64,000 nucleotides of DNA from Caldisericia bacterium (lineage in GTDB: Bacteria; Caldisericota; Caldisericia; JAAYUI01), in NCBI GenBank assembly GCA_017999835.1, contig JAGNLA010000003.1, positions 30,292 through 94,291 of the forward strand. The letters are read 5' to 3'. Under the pieces are notes generated by a model. That model was not told where the DNA came from. It saw nothing but the letters and a program-made list of their open reading frames with translations, and did not search any database. Below are positions 25,906 to 35,466 of this stretch, piece by piece (positions within the stretch are counted from its first letter, which is position 1; the number at the start of each line of letters is the position of its first letter). The translations under genes were made by a program, and so were the position numbers.

Positions 25906-28900
25906 TTATTCTCCTTTTGCCAAAACAGAAAGAGTGTTGTATATCAACGCCGAAGCTTGAGAGCGTTTGACTTTTTGGCCGATGCCGAACTTTCCTCCAG
26001 AAAACAATCTGGTATCAGCTGGGTTAATGATACCAATACCAACGGCCTTTGCAATAATCCTGAAATACGGGCTGGATTGTGGTATGTCAGAAAATGGTGT
26101 TGTATTCCATGTTTTCTTCGTTTTGAATGAATTCGAGAGCATGGCGACAATGAATTCCCTGACGCATGATTGCTCGCCCTGGAATTTGCCCTTCCCAGAA
26201 ATGATACCGCTTTTTGCAAGAGCATTGATGACCCCGGCATATTTTGATGATTCGGCGATGTCGGTGTATCCAGGTTTACCTGGAACAGGCGAAAGTTCGA
26301 GCATGTTGAACACCCATTGCGCAGCCTCAAACCTTGTCATTATCTTTTCGGGATCGAATGCGTCGTTTTGATCAGTTATGCCTGAAGCTGAAATCTGATT
26401 TATTTCATACCAGAAACCGGAGTTTTTAGAATCGACGGAAAAGGATGGTCTGAAGTTGTAGGTTGCAGTTCTTTCACTTCGATTGCCAGCTTCGTCGGTT
26501 GCCTCAATAAAAATCAATCCCGAACCAGCAGAAATCTTGGCTTTGAACAACTTGCCTTCAGCTTTTGATGCAGCGCCATCGATGCTGATTGTCGCTGCTC
26601 CTTCAACTGTGGCTATCAGCTCAACCTCAGGAGAAGCTATTTTTCCTCCTCGAGGTGACCAAATTTTGATCTTTGGCGGAGTCATGTCTACCACAAGGTT
26701 GAATGGCTGACTGATTGAAACTTGCCCTTCAGATTTGGAATAAATCTCAATCTTGTGCGAGCCTTCGGAAAGTTTTGTCTGATAAATGAAGAAGCCCTCT
26801 GGGTCTAGATCAATTAGATTTTCCGTACCGTCAATCCTCAGGTACGAGGAGGTCATCGGGACGGCAATGCCTGATATTGTTACGTCCGATGTTTTTGACG
26901 GGTTTGTTCCGGGGAGAATCCTTCCCTGAGGCAGACTGCCCTTTATACCCATTGAACCAAGCATTCTTCTGAGTGTTTCGGCTGCAACCACATCAAGGTC
27001 AATCATCTCGAAAGGAAACGCTGAAACAATAACATTATTGAGTTTGATGATGGCACCACCGATGCCGATGAAGCTGGCAATCGTTTCCCCACCGGAAATG
27101 ACTGGCACACCAAGCACCTGATAACCTGAGTCTTTCAGCGATGTTGATATAAGCATACCATGGAGCAACCCCTGGCCGGCAACGGAAAACACAGGTGTCG
27201 ATGATGTGTCAATCTGAACCTGATCCCCGTAAGAGAATGCCAAACCCTGGCCCATGACTATCGCGTTTGCCCCGCAGCTGGCAGCAAGTTTGATGTTTTC
27301 TATGGTTTGGGTGGTTTTTGCGTTTGGCAGTGTAGAGGCTGAGCAAACAAATGCCTGCGATGAGATTATGTCGCCTGCCGTTGCATCTTCCTTGATTTCA
27401 AACGGGAGTTTGAGCGCACCTATAGCCTGTGTTAGTCTTTGGTTAGAAGAGTTGATGAGAATCTTTGAATCCTTTTTGTCTAGCTGGACGTCGAGGTTGC
27501 CGGGAACTTTTACGGTTAGTGTTCTTGGCCTGAAGTTTCTGGCTGCAATGGTCATCTGGTAGCTGCCCTCAGGCAGGTCAAGTGTGCTTTGAGCCTGAAC
27601 TTTTTTGGGTTGAACCGGGACATCTTCAAACAACAGCCATGCGTCTGTGTTGAGATTGATTTTCACCTGACCGGTTTTTGCCGGTTCAAGAACGACCTTG
27701 TCCGGAAGATTTGTTGGACTGATCTGGAGAGATGTTGAGCTGCTGCCAAACGACGACACGACAACTTGGGTACCTGTCGCTGGAATGTGTGGTACCATCA
27801 GTTGTCCGTCAGTAAATGGGACATTTTCGCCTGAAACCTTGACCGAACCGGACAAAGGCCTGCCATTTCTGTCGGTGACCTCTGACTGCCATGAGATCGT
27901 GTCTTCAAACGAATCAACGCACAGCTTCATCAGCCACTTGGAGTCATCGATGCTGCTGATGTCAGGGAAGGTGAAACCAAGTATTATGCCTTGGGTTTTT
28001 GGCGTGGAAACGATCAAACCGGCATAAGTTGTAGCTTCGTTACCAGCATAGGACAGAAACGGTTTTGCTGTGGAGTCAACTGGCGAGAGCCTAGATGACG
28101 AGGCAAACCCCCAGAGCGTGGTCAGGGCAAGCGACCTGAAGTTACCTTGCTTTGACCATTTTATGGTCATGCCGCCGTCTTCAAGGCCTGTGCAATGAAA
28201 ATAGGAAGCCAGGAAAGGGGTGGTTTCTGTTTCGCCAAAATAGCTTGCGCCAAAAAATGAAGACGTCAAAACAAGCTTTCCACCACCATCAAGGTATTGG
28301 CTTAATATTGAAATCTCTTTTGTGTCCAGTGTTCCGCCAGCGTTCCAGATCAGATACGGAAACCTCGAAAGCTGGTTGGCTGTGACTTTTCCGGAAGACA
28401 GAGACCAGTAGAACCATGGCAATCCAGTTGAATCAAGGGCTGGTTTTAGTTTTCCACGGATTGGCACAGGCTTCATGCCAAAATACGAGCGTCTGCCATC
28501 AATAAACCCCAACTTTGCCGGTTCGAGGTTGACGGTAAAATCTGTGTCTGTTGTGATGTCCTTTTCAACCTTCATCGAGCTGTGGCCAAAAGATGTTATC
28601 AGGAACGTGTGTTTGCCTTCAGGCAGACCGAGAACCAGCGTGCCATCGGAAGCTTCCAAGGGTTCAAGCGGTGAATCTTCAATCAGAATGGAGCTTTCTG
28701 TGAATCCACCAAGCAAAGGTGACATTGTAGAAATTGTAACTTTGTGGACAGGTAACGGTTCAAGCTCAACGAAATCGTTGGTTGTTTGAGCTGGTTTGAA
28801 TCCGAAAGCGTTTATTTGTATAGCGGAGTCATCGCTTGCAAGAAAAGTGAAATTGCTTGCAATTGTCGGTGTGATTGAATAAGTTCTGTCAGTAGTTTTG

Positions 28901-30210
28901 ATTGTGACATTCCCATAAATCGGTTTGTCTGAAGGTCTTGAAATTTTGATTGTTCTTGGTTTTCTTGATGATGTCTGGGAAATGGCAGCCTTGACGTTGA
29001 CAAGACCCATGCCAAAACGGCTGTCCCAGCCTTTTTTACCAAGATCGGTGACTGTCTCAGTGATTGAGCATTTCAAATCATCCAGACCGATGCCTGGGTT
29101 TTGGGCACCGATGAGGGCAGCCATACCGGCAACATGTGGGGCTGAAAAGCTGGTGCCGTCAGCTATGTCGTAGGTCTTGCGAAGTGAGGCAACCCTCACG
29201 CCTTCACCAGGAGCGGTAACGTCAGGTTTTATCACTGTTGAGAAGCTGTCAAATGTTTCCCAGACAACCTCGTCACCGCTTGAAAAGCTTGATGGTTTGA
29301 GGCTTGAATTGACAGATCCTACCGCAAGCACCTCAGGAATGTTGCCTGGATTGGATGTTGAACCTTCGCCGTCATTGCCAATTGAAGCAATCGGCAGGAT
29401 GCCCAAGTCCACGAGGTTATCGATGCTTGGCCTGAGATATTCCTCGACAGATTGCATGCCAAACGACATGTTAACGGCAACAGGGTAGTCCTTGGTTTCT
29501 GGATGGTCGTCAGGGTCAGCCATCCACTGGATGCCGGCAATGATCTGGCTCAGATTCCCGCTGCCACCAGGCAGTACGCAGCCAACGATGAGGTTGCTTT
29601 CAGGGGCAACGCCGACAGTGTTGCCGGCAATGATTGAGCTGACCATTGTCCCGTGTCCGTCAGCATCGAAAGCGACAGTCTGCTGGCCTTTCCTGCCGTA
29701 TTCGTCAAAATAGGCGAAATTGGAAACCTTGCCTTTGAGTTCGGGATGGGTGATGTCGCAGCCGGAGTCGAGAACGCCAATGGTTACACCTTTTCCTTTG
29801 TTGCCTGTTTGCCAGACATCGGTTGCGCCGATGGCTTTCAGGTTCCATTCAGGATCGGTTTTTGCCGAGTGTCTGGTTTCGGTTTTTATTGTGACGTCGT
29901 CAATGCTGCTTGCTCCAGTTTTTTCGATGACAGCCTCCAGAGCTGGAATTGTAGCTTTGACCGATATTGCGTTTTGAATCCAGAATGGTGTGAATTCTGC
30001 GACTTCATTTGAAAACTTCAAATCTTCGAGCAGAGAAACTGCCTGCGCCTGCGCCTGGGAAGTCTGGGTTCTAAGTTCTGACTGGTTTTTTGCTTCAATG
30101 TCCGAAAAAAACAGTATTCTTTTGAGATATACTTTCGATTGGGCTGATATGTAAAATGGCGCTGGAAGAATCAGAACTAGTGCCATTAAAATCAAAGCGA
30201 ATCTTTTCAT
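25906..30210 (-). CDS. S8 subtilisin-like serine protease with a large beta-rich middle region and three C-terminal SLH (S-layer homology) domains
   Basis: Start ATG 30210 (MKRFALILMALVLILPAPFYISAQS; AGGAGG SD). Catalytic triad contexts GVTIGVLDSGCDITHPEL (Asp), HGTMVSSIIAG (His), GTSFSAPHVAGMAALI (Ser). C-terminus has three SLH-like segments (FDPEKIMTRFEAAQWVFNML; YTDIAESSKYAGVINALAKSGIISGKGKFQGEQSCVREFIVAML; FSDIPQSSPYFRIIAKAVGIGIINPADTRLFSGGKFGIGQKVKRSQASALIYNTL). Confidence 0.85.
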   Translation of the reverse strand: MKRFALILMALVLILPAPFYISAQSKVYLKRILFFSDIEAKNQSELRTQTSQAQAQAVSLLEDLKFSNEVAEFTPFWIQNAISVKATIPALEAVIEKTGASSIDDVTIKTETRHSAKTDPEWNLKAIGATDVWQTGNKGKGVTIGVLDSGCDITHPELKGKVSNFAYFDEYGRKGQQTVAFDADGHGTMVSSIIAGNTVGVAPESNLIVGCVLPGGSGNLSQIIAGIQWMADPDDHPETKDYPVAVNMSFGMQSVEEYLRPSIDNLVDLGILPIASIGNDGEGSTSNPGNIPEVLAVGSVNSSLKPSSFSSGDEVVWETFDSFSTVIKPDVTAPGEGVRVASLRKTYDIADGTSFSAPHVAGMAALIGAQNPGIGLDDLKCSITETVTDLGKKGWDSRFGMGLVNVKAAISQTSSRKPRTIKISRPSDKPIYGNVTIKTTDRTYSITPTIASNFTFLASDDSAIQINAFGFKPAQTTNDFVELEPLPVHKVTISTMSPLLGGFTESSILIEDSPLEPLEASDGTLVLGLPEGKHTFLITSFGHSSMKVEKDITTDTDFTVNLEPAKLGFIDGRRSYFGMKPVPIRGKLKPALDSTGLPWFYWSLSSGKVTANQLSRFPYLIWNAGGTLDTKEISILSQYLDGGGKLVLTSSFFGASYFGETETTPFLASYFHCTGLEDGGMTIKWSKQGNFRSLALTTLWGFASSSRLSPVDSTAKPFLSYAGNEATTYAGLIVSTPKTQGIILGFTFPDISSIDDSKWLMKLCVDSFEDTISWQSEVTDRNGRPLSGSVKVSGENVPFTDGQLMVPHIPATGTQVVVSSFGSSSTSLQISPTNLPDKVVLEPAKTGQVKINLNTDAWLLFEDVPVQPKKVQAQSTLDLPEGSYQMTIAARNFRPRTLTVKVPGNLDVQLDKKDSKILINSSNQRLTQAIGALKLPFEIKEDATAGDIISSQAFVCSASTLPNAKTTQTIENIKLAASCGANAIVMGQGLAFSYGDQVQIDTSSTPVFSVAGQGLLHGMLISTSLKDSGYQVLGVPVISGGETIASFIGIGGAIIKLNNVIVSAFPFEMIDLDVVAAETLRRMLGSMGIKGSLPQGRILPGTNPSKTSDVTISGIAVPMTSSYLRIDGTENLIDLDPEGFFIYQTKLSEGSHKIEIYSKSEGQVSISQPFNLVVDMTPPKIKIWSPRGGKIASPEVELIATVEGAATISIDGAASKAEGKLFKAKISAGSGLIFIEATDEAGNRSERTATYNFRPSFSVDSKNSGFWYEINQISASGITDQNDAFDPEKIMTRFEAAQWVFNMLELSPVPGKPGYTDIAESSKYAGVINALAKSGIISGKGKFQGEQSCVREFIVAMLSNSFKTKKTWNTTPFSDIPQSSPYFRIIAKAVGIGIINPADTRLFSGGKFGIGQKVKRSQASALIYNTLSVLAKGE

Positions 30211-30411
30211 TATGCCTCCTGGCATCTTTGTGTTATCCTGCTTTTGCAGCATGTCAAAAACAGGCTTTGTTTCTTTGTTAATACACGGTCACAGAATTTA
30301 TTGTTCTTTTTTTGCTCCACAAATCCAATTTCCAGATGCCTGTTCATTTGAAATATCATAGCATAGTTTGATTAACTGATGGTGACTCCGTTGTAAAGTT
30401 GGTTTTGTCGG

Positions 30412-30981
30412 CTACCTTGCCAGTTTGCCAAGGGCGGTTTTGATAATCTCCTCGGAAGATTTTTCTGTTTTGCCCAGTCCTGAAAGTGCCCGTTCGACCT
30501 CACCCATCGAAAATCCTAAAGCCCGAAGCGCAGCCCTGGCCTCGTCGACCATGTCTCCGCCAACTGGCAATGATTTGACCTGAACCTGACCCATGGCGTC
30601 CTTGAGCTCCAGGCATATCCTTTGGCTCAACTTTGCGCCGATGCCAGGAACCGACTGGAAAATATGGGGTTTTTCATACAACACTGCGTCGGCAATCTGG
30701 CCAGGCGAGAGGTTGCGCAGAATCCCAAGGGCAGTTTTTCCGCCAACGCCAGAGACCTTTGAGGTGATCGTCTGCATGAGCTTGCATTCGGTCTGGGTGG
30801 CAAACCCGAACAACGTCACGCCATCCTCCTTGAACTGCTGGATGGTGAAGAGCTTGAGCTGACCACCGATTGAAAGGTCAGGCACCTTGCCAATGAAAAC
30901 CTGGTACCCGACGCCTGCAACGTCGAGGATGATGTAATCGTCTTCTATGCTGTCTACTGTGCCGTTCAAGTGTGCTATCAT
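30412..30981 (-). CDS. ruvA: Holliday junction DNA helicase subunit RuvA
   Basis: MIAHLNGTVDSIEDDYIILDVAGVGYQVFIG... with an HhH region (LQTITSKVSGVGGKTALGIL, SVPGIGAKLSQRI) and a C-terminal domain III. An alternative GTG start lies 6 nt upstream. Confidence 0.85.
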   Translation of the reverse strand: MIAHLNGTVDSIEDDYIILDVAGVGYQVFIGKVPDLSIGGQLKLFTIQQFKEDGVTLFGFATQTECKLMQTITSKVSGVGGKTALGILRNLSPGQIADAVLYEKPHIFQSVPGIGAKLSQRICLELKDAMGQVQVKSLPVGGDMVDEARAALRALGFSMGEVERALSGLGKTEKSSEEIIKTALGKLAR

Positions 30982-31135
30982 GGTCACCTCGCTATATCAA
31001 AAAAGTATATACAGATGTCATTAAGAAAGAAACGAGGTCATTGTTTAATTGTCATGATTTGTGATATTCTATCTTGTTATATTTGTCCGTTGCTGTACTA
31101 TAAAACTCTTAGAAAACTGTTAGGGGGGGGATAGT

Positions 31136-31309
31136 ATGGAAAATGAAAAGATTATTGAAAACAAAGATAATGATGACATCAAACAAGCTATTAAAGAAAT
31201 CAAGAAATCAGTAGATTCCATCCATACAGTATTAACATATATATTGTTTTTTATGATCATTCCAATTGTTATAGGTTTACTTTCCATATTTGGGTCATGT
31301 GGAAGATAA
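31136..31309 (+). CDS. small hypothetical tail-anchored membrane protein (57 aa) encoded opposite to the ruvA/ruvC genes
   Basis: Strong SD AGGGGGGGG 5 nt before the ATG: MENEKIIENKDNDDIKQAIKEIKKSVDSIHTVLTYILFFMIIPIVIGLLSIFGSCGR. AT-rich. Possible TTGTTA-16-TACTAT promoter upstream. Below the 60-aa cutoff of the ORF track. Confidence 0.35.
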   Translation: MENEKIIENKDNDDIKQAIKEIKKSVDSIHTVLTYILFFMIIPIVIGLLSIFGSCGR

Positions 31310-31317
31310 TTTGTTAA

Positions 31318-31788
31318 CTATCTCACGCTAAACAAATGACAAATCCCTAGCGCGCAGGCATCGGCAACGTCGTCGGGTTTGGGAACGCTTTGCAGGCCAA
31401 GAATCATCTTGACCATTGCTCCAACCTGGGCTTTGTCGGCTGCGCCGTAGCTGGTGACTGCGATTTTGACGTCGTTGGGCTTGTATTCAAAGACAGGAAT
31501 GCCAACATGATGCGCAACCATCAGTATCACTCCGCGCGCTTGGGCGACTAGTATTGCCGTGGTCGTGTTTTTGGCAAAGAACAACTCTTCGACTGCCATC
31601 TGCTGGGCTTGGTGTGCTTTTGCTACTTCGGTTAATTTTTCATGGATAATACAAAGCCGGTGAGGAACATCCCCACCGGCTGGTGTTTCTATTAATCCGC
31701 ATTCAACCAATTTTATCGACCGTCCCTGACTATCAAGAACAGCCCAGCCAACACGGGCCAAACCCGGGTCGACTGCAAGTATCCTCAT
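31318..31788 (-). CDS. ruvC: crossover junction endodeoxyribonuclease RuvC
   Basis: MRILAVDPGLARVGWAVLD (catalytic Asp7), 156 aa RNase H-like fold. Confidence 0.85.
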   Translation of the reverse strand: MRILAVDPGLARVGWAVLDSQGRSIKLVECGLIETPAGGDVPHRLCIIHEKLTEVAKAHQAQQMAVEELFFAKNTTTAILVAQARGVILMVAHHVGIPVFEYKPNDVKIAVTSYGAADKAQVGAMVKMILGLQSVPKPDDVADACALGICHLFSVR

Positions 31789-32543
31789 TCGAGGATGGCT
31801 GCGATGCGCTCCATTTCGGCGTCGTCGATTTCTGAGTTTGTGAATACTTTCTGAACGTCGTCGTGGTCTTCAAGTTCGTTTTGAAGCTTCATGAGCTTTT
31901 CAGCGTCGTTGCCTGCAATTTTGACTGTTGACTTTGGATTGTAAACAAGGCCTTCTTCGAGAACCTTGAATCCGGCTGCCTTGAGGGCTTCCGAGACAGC
32001 GTGAAGCTGGTCGTTTGGTGTGGTCACGATGAAGCCTTCGCCATCCTGGGCAACGTCTTCAGCGCCTGCGTCGGCTGCGATCATGAACACGTCGTCAAGA
32101 GTCTTTCCACCGTTTTCGATGGAGATTTCGCCCTGTCTCACAAAGTTCCAGGCTACGCAACCCTGTTCTCCAAGGTTTCCGCCGTGCTTGCTAAATATCT
32201 TTTTGAATTCAGAAATGGTTCTGTTCTTGCTGTCGGTGAGTGCCTCAACGATGATGGCTGTTCCTGCTGGACCGATGCCTTCGTAGAGCGCTTCTTCATA
32301 GATTGCGCCTTCGATTTCACCTGTTCCGCGCTGGATGGCTCTCTTGATGTTGTCTTTTGGCATGGCTGCCGCTGAAGCTTTGTCCAATGCCGCCCTCAGC
32401 TTGAAGTTCGATTCAGGATTTCCACCGCCATCTCGGGCTGCGATGATTATTTCACGTCCGATTTTAGTGAAAATCTTACCTCTTTTTGCGTCTGTAACTG
32501 ACTTCTTACCTTGAATATTATGCCACTTGCTGTGACCTGACAT
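31785..32543 (-). CDS. yebC: YebC/PmpR-family DNA-binding transcriptional regulator
   Basis: MSGHSKWHNIQGKKSVTDAKRGKIFTKIGREI... is a hallmark N-terminus; 252 aa; overlaps the ruvC start by 4 nt. Confidence 0.85.
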   Translation of the reverse strand: MSGHSKWHNIQGKKSVTDAKRGKIFTKIGREIIIAARDGGGNPESNFKLRAALDKASAAAMPKDNIKRAIQRGTGEIEGAIYEEALYEGIGPAGTAIIVEALTDSKNRTISEFKKIFSKHGGNLGEQGCVAWNFVRQGEISIENGGKTLDDVFMIAADAGAEDVAQDGEGFIVTTPNDQLHAVSEALKAAGFKVLEEGLVYNPKSTVKIAGNDAEKLMKLQNELEDHDDVQKVFTNSEIDDAEMERIAAILE

Positions 32544-33116
32544 TTACATCCTCCTTATTTTTTCAAGAAACAATTGGTGCACGGCGGGGTTTCCCGTCAT
32601 CTCAGGATGAAATGCCGCACCCATTTTGTTGTTTTCTTCCACAAAAACTATATTGCCATTGCCATCTTTTGCAAGTACCTTGACGTTTTGCCCAGTCGAA
32701 ACGATGAATGGTGCTCGAATAAACGCCACATCGACCTTGCCAATTCCGGCTATTTCTATGTCTTCCACGGTCGATTGAAGCTGCCTGCCATAAGCGTTGC
32801 GCCTGACAACAACATCCATTAGCTTCCAGGTTGGTTGATCCGGATAACCGTCAAGTTCCTTTGCCATCATTATAAGTCCTGCGCATGTACCAAAAATGGG
32901 CATGCCTGCGTTGACTCTTTTGATGATTTCGACATCCAGGCCGCATCTTGACGCAAGCTTCCAAAATGTTGTGGACTCGCCACCAGGGACGATTAGTCCC
33001 TCACAAGGATTCAAGTCTGCAGGGTTTCTTACTTGGATGACCTCGGCACCAAGACCTTTAAGGATCCTGACATGCTGGATAACATCGCCCTGGAGAGCGA
33101 AAACGCCTACTCTCAC
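32544..33116 (-). CDS. pdxT: pyridoxal 5'-phosphate synthase glutaminase subunit PdxT
   Basis: [26 protein letters not shown]...[11 protein letters not shown]...GTCAG (class I glutamine amidotransferase); 190 aa; immediately downstream of pdxS. Confidence 0.85.
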   Translation of the reverse strand: MRVGVFALQGDVIQHVRILKGLGAEVIQVRNPADLNPCEGLIVPGGESTTFWKLASRCGLDVEIIKRVNAGMPIFGTCAGLIMMAKELDGYPDQPTWKLMDVVVRRNAYGRQLQSTVEDIEIAGIGKVDVAFIRAPFIVSTGQNVKVLAKDGNGNIVFVEENNKMGAAFHPEMTGNPAVHQLFLEKIRRM

Positions 33117-33991
33117 CAGCCTCTGCCAGCCATTCTCTCGTTGTCCTTGAGGGTGTCAAGATTGATGCCAACCATTGGCTCGCCAAGGTTCTTTGAAACT
33201 TCAGCGATAACTGCCGGTTCCTGCCAGTGGGCAACTGCGTCGACGATTGCTTTTGCGCGTTTTGCAGGGTTGCCTGACTTGAAGATGCCTGAACCAACAA
33301 AAACTCCGTCTGAACCGAGATACATCATCAATGCTGCGTCAGCTGGGGTTGCAACGCCGCCGGCTGCAAAGTTGACGACAGGGAGTCTGCCTTCTTTTTT
33401 TACAACGCGAAGCAGTTCGACAGGTGCGCCAAGTTCCTTGGCAATGGTGACCAGTTCTTCATCGGTAGCCATCTGGACTCTTCGAATGTCGCGCTGGACT
33501 TGTCTTTGGTGCCTGACTGCTTCAACGACGTTGCCGGTGCCGGCTTCGCCTTTGGTGCGAATCATTGCTGCGCCTTCGGCGATTCTTCTGAGAGCTTCGC
33601 CAAGGTTTCTACACCCGCAAACAAACGGAACCTTGAAAGCCCACTTGTCAACGTGGAATTCGTCATCGGCTGGTGTCAGAACTTCGGATTCGTCGATGTA
33701 GTCGATGCCGATTGATTCAAGCACCCTTGCCTCGAGTGTGTGACCGATGCGGCACTTTGCCATGACCGGAATCGAAACGGCTTTCATGATGCCTTCGATC
33801 ATCTGTGGATCGGACATCCTGGCAACTCCGCCGTCTTTCCTGATGTCGGCTGGAACGCGTTCAAGCGCCATGACGGCGACCGCGCCTGCCTCTTCGGCTA
33901 TCTTTGCGTGTTCTGGAGTGACAACGTCCATGATGACGCCGCCAACGAGCATGTCTGCCAAACCTCTTTTAACCAGAAAGTTGTTTTCCAT
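33113..33991 (-). CDS. pdxS: pyridoxal 5'-phosphate synthase lyase subunit PdxS
   Basis: [54 protein letters not shown]... is highly conserved PdxS/SNZ sequence; 292 aa. Confidence 0.9.
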   Translation of the reverse strand: MENNFLVKRGLADMLVGGVIMDVVTPEHAKIAEEAGAVAVMALERVPADIRKDGGVARMSDPQMIEGIMKAVSIPVMAKCRIGHTLEARVLESIGIDYIDESEVLTPADDEFHVDKWAFKVPFVCGCRNLGEALRRIAEGAAMIRTKGEAGTGNVVEAVRHQRQVQRDIRRVQMATDEELVTIAKELGAPVELLRVVKKEGRLPVVNFAAGGVATPADAALMMYLGSDGVFVGSGIFKSGNPAKRAKAIVDAVAHWQEPAVIAEVSKNLGEPMVGINLDTLKDNERMAGRGW

Positions 33992-34125
33992 ACTTACCGC
34001 CTTTCCAAACTCTGTATCTTAAACCGAAATCCTTTCCAATCAATTATTTTTTGTTGAACCAACGGCATGGGATTTGCTTGTTGTTTGATAGTTTGGGTTT
34101 ATAATTGCCTCATGGAGTGGAGAAT

Positions 34126-35391
34126 ATGAGGAGAATGAGTTGGTTTAATATAGAAATAGTATTGGTTTTCATTTTTTCAGTGGTTATGGGTGGATGTAAC
34201 GGAGTATCAGAAAATCAAGAAATTAAATATGTTTTAAAGTGGTATCGGCAATATCCATGCAAAGTGTCAGATACACATGTCTACCAGCGTCCTGAGATGA
34301 AACTACCACAATCAAGATTGGATATAATGGATGTAGGAGAATCAATACTTGTTGAATATTTGAGATCTCCCTATGAGATAGAAGATAGAATTGAAGGATT
34401 CAGAATGAACCTGGATATTCAATCTGGAGTTGATCTTCCGTTACCAAACTTTGAATTGAATCAAACTCCTTGCACAATAAGTAGTAACGATTCATTTTTG
34501 GGTGTTGGAAGTGATAAATATGTTTACACCTCGAGATTGAATAAACTGATATATCCAAACGAGAAGTTTTATTGTTGGGAGTTGTCCACAGGGAAAATCG
34601 TGTGGTCCGTAGAAGAGAAGAATATAGCTAATAAATATGGATGTGTGAGTTGTTTTAAAATCGATAACCAACTTGTAAAGGTCAATACAACTGATTCTGG
34701 CAATCTGCACATAGCAATTCTGGATGTTAACACAGGGGAAACTAAATGGCGTAACAACATCAAAAGCGAATCCCCCTTGCTTAGGATTATCGGAGATTAT
34801 TTGATTGTCTTGGATACTAGCAATAATCGTATTTACGCTTTGGATGTGAGAAACAATCAAATTCGTAAATATCAGTGTGAAAAAATCAATGGTGTTCCTG
34901 ATTATTCTTTACACGTCTTCAATAACAACCTGATGATCATCTGGAATGATTCAATAACTTTCTTCAATCCAACAAACGGTTCTGTTATCGAAAATCCTGT
35001 TGATTTTGCCACGAATACTAGAGTACATTCAATTAACGGTAACGTCATTGTAGTCAAAGACGATAATGTAAAAATAGCTGATAACAATTTTTCTATGAAT
35101 TCATATATTGTTGGCGATGAGTGCAAAATCCATTTAGAAAAATCAATTACATGTAATTACAATTGGTTTGCCAACGGCGTCGATAGCGATGGTTTTGCAA
35201 GCAACCAGCATTATTTCTATACAAAAGATAAAAACTTAATCACATTCAAAGACCCGATTTCCGACAAAACGTTAGTTTCCATTGAGATATCTAAAATTGG
35301 TGATAATCCCGAAATCGTCTGTATCGGGAAGAATATGAACCTTATAACCATAGCTAGTGATCGTGGTATTTTCTGTTTCGGTAAACCCTGA
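34126..35391 (+). CDS. PQQ-like beta-propeller repeat lipoprotein (markedly AT-rich gene)
   Basis: Start ATG 34126 (GGAGTGGAG SD); MRRMSWFNIEIVLVFIFSVVMGGC is lipobox-like. G-x-x-x-W repeats (GKIVWSVEEKN, GETKWRNNIKS). GC is visibly lower (~33-35%) than the flanking pdxS and S9 peptidase genes. Confidence 0.7.
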   Translation: MRRMSWFNIEIVLVFIFSVVMGGCNGVSENQEIKYVLKWYRQYPCKVSDTHVYQRPEMKLPQSRLDIMDVGESILVEYLRSPYEIEDRIEGFRMNLDIQSGVDLPLPNFELNQTPCTISSNDSFLGVGSDKYVYTSRLNKLIYPNEKFYCWELSTGKIVWSVEEKNIANKYGCVSCFKIDNQLVKVNTTDSGNLHIAILDVNTGETKWRNNIKSESPLLRIIGDYLIVLDTSNNRIYALDVRNNQIRKYQCEKINGVPDYSLHVFNNNLMIIWNDSITFFNPTNGSVIENPVDFATNTRVHSINGNVIVVKDDNVKIADNNFSMNSYIVGDECKIHLEKSITCNYNWFANGVDSDGFASNQHYFYTKDKNLITFKDPISDKTLVSIEISKIGDNPEIVCIGKNMNLITIASDRGIFCFGKP

Positions 35392-35466
35392 GCATTGTTG
35401 ACAGATGGCATAGAATTGCAGTACGAATATTTTTTGATCATTGTAAAAGAACCATCGGAGGCTTTT

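Noticed and set aside
30253-31135. tRNA/tmRNA or other structured RNA in the larger intergenic gaps (also 40981..41162, 49090..49253, 62654..62801)
   Set aside because: No cloverleaf-compatible segments, no GGTTCGANTCC T-loop box, no CCA-adjacent acceptor pairing and no tmRNA tag-reading frame recognised by eye. This remains unverified without a covariance-model scan.
33033-33701. 222-aa plus-strand ORF and others (33740..34057 +, 33747..34022 +) overlapping pdxS/pdxT
   Set aside because: Antisense to the extremely conserved PdxS/PdxT coding sequence. Ser/Thr/Ala-rich low-complexity translation with no start context.
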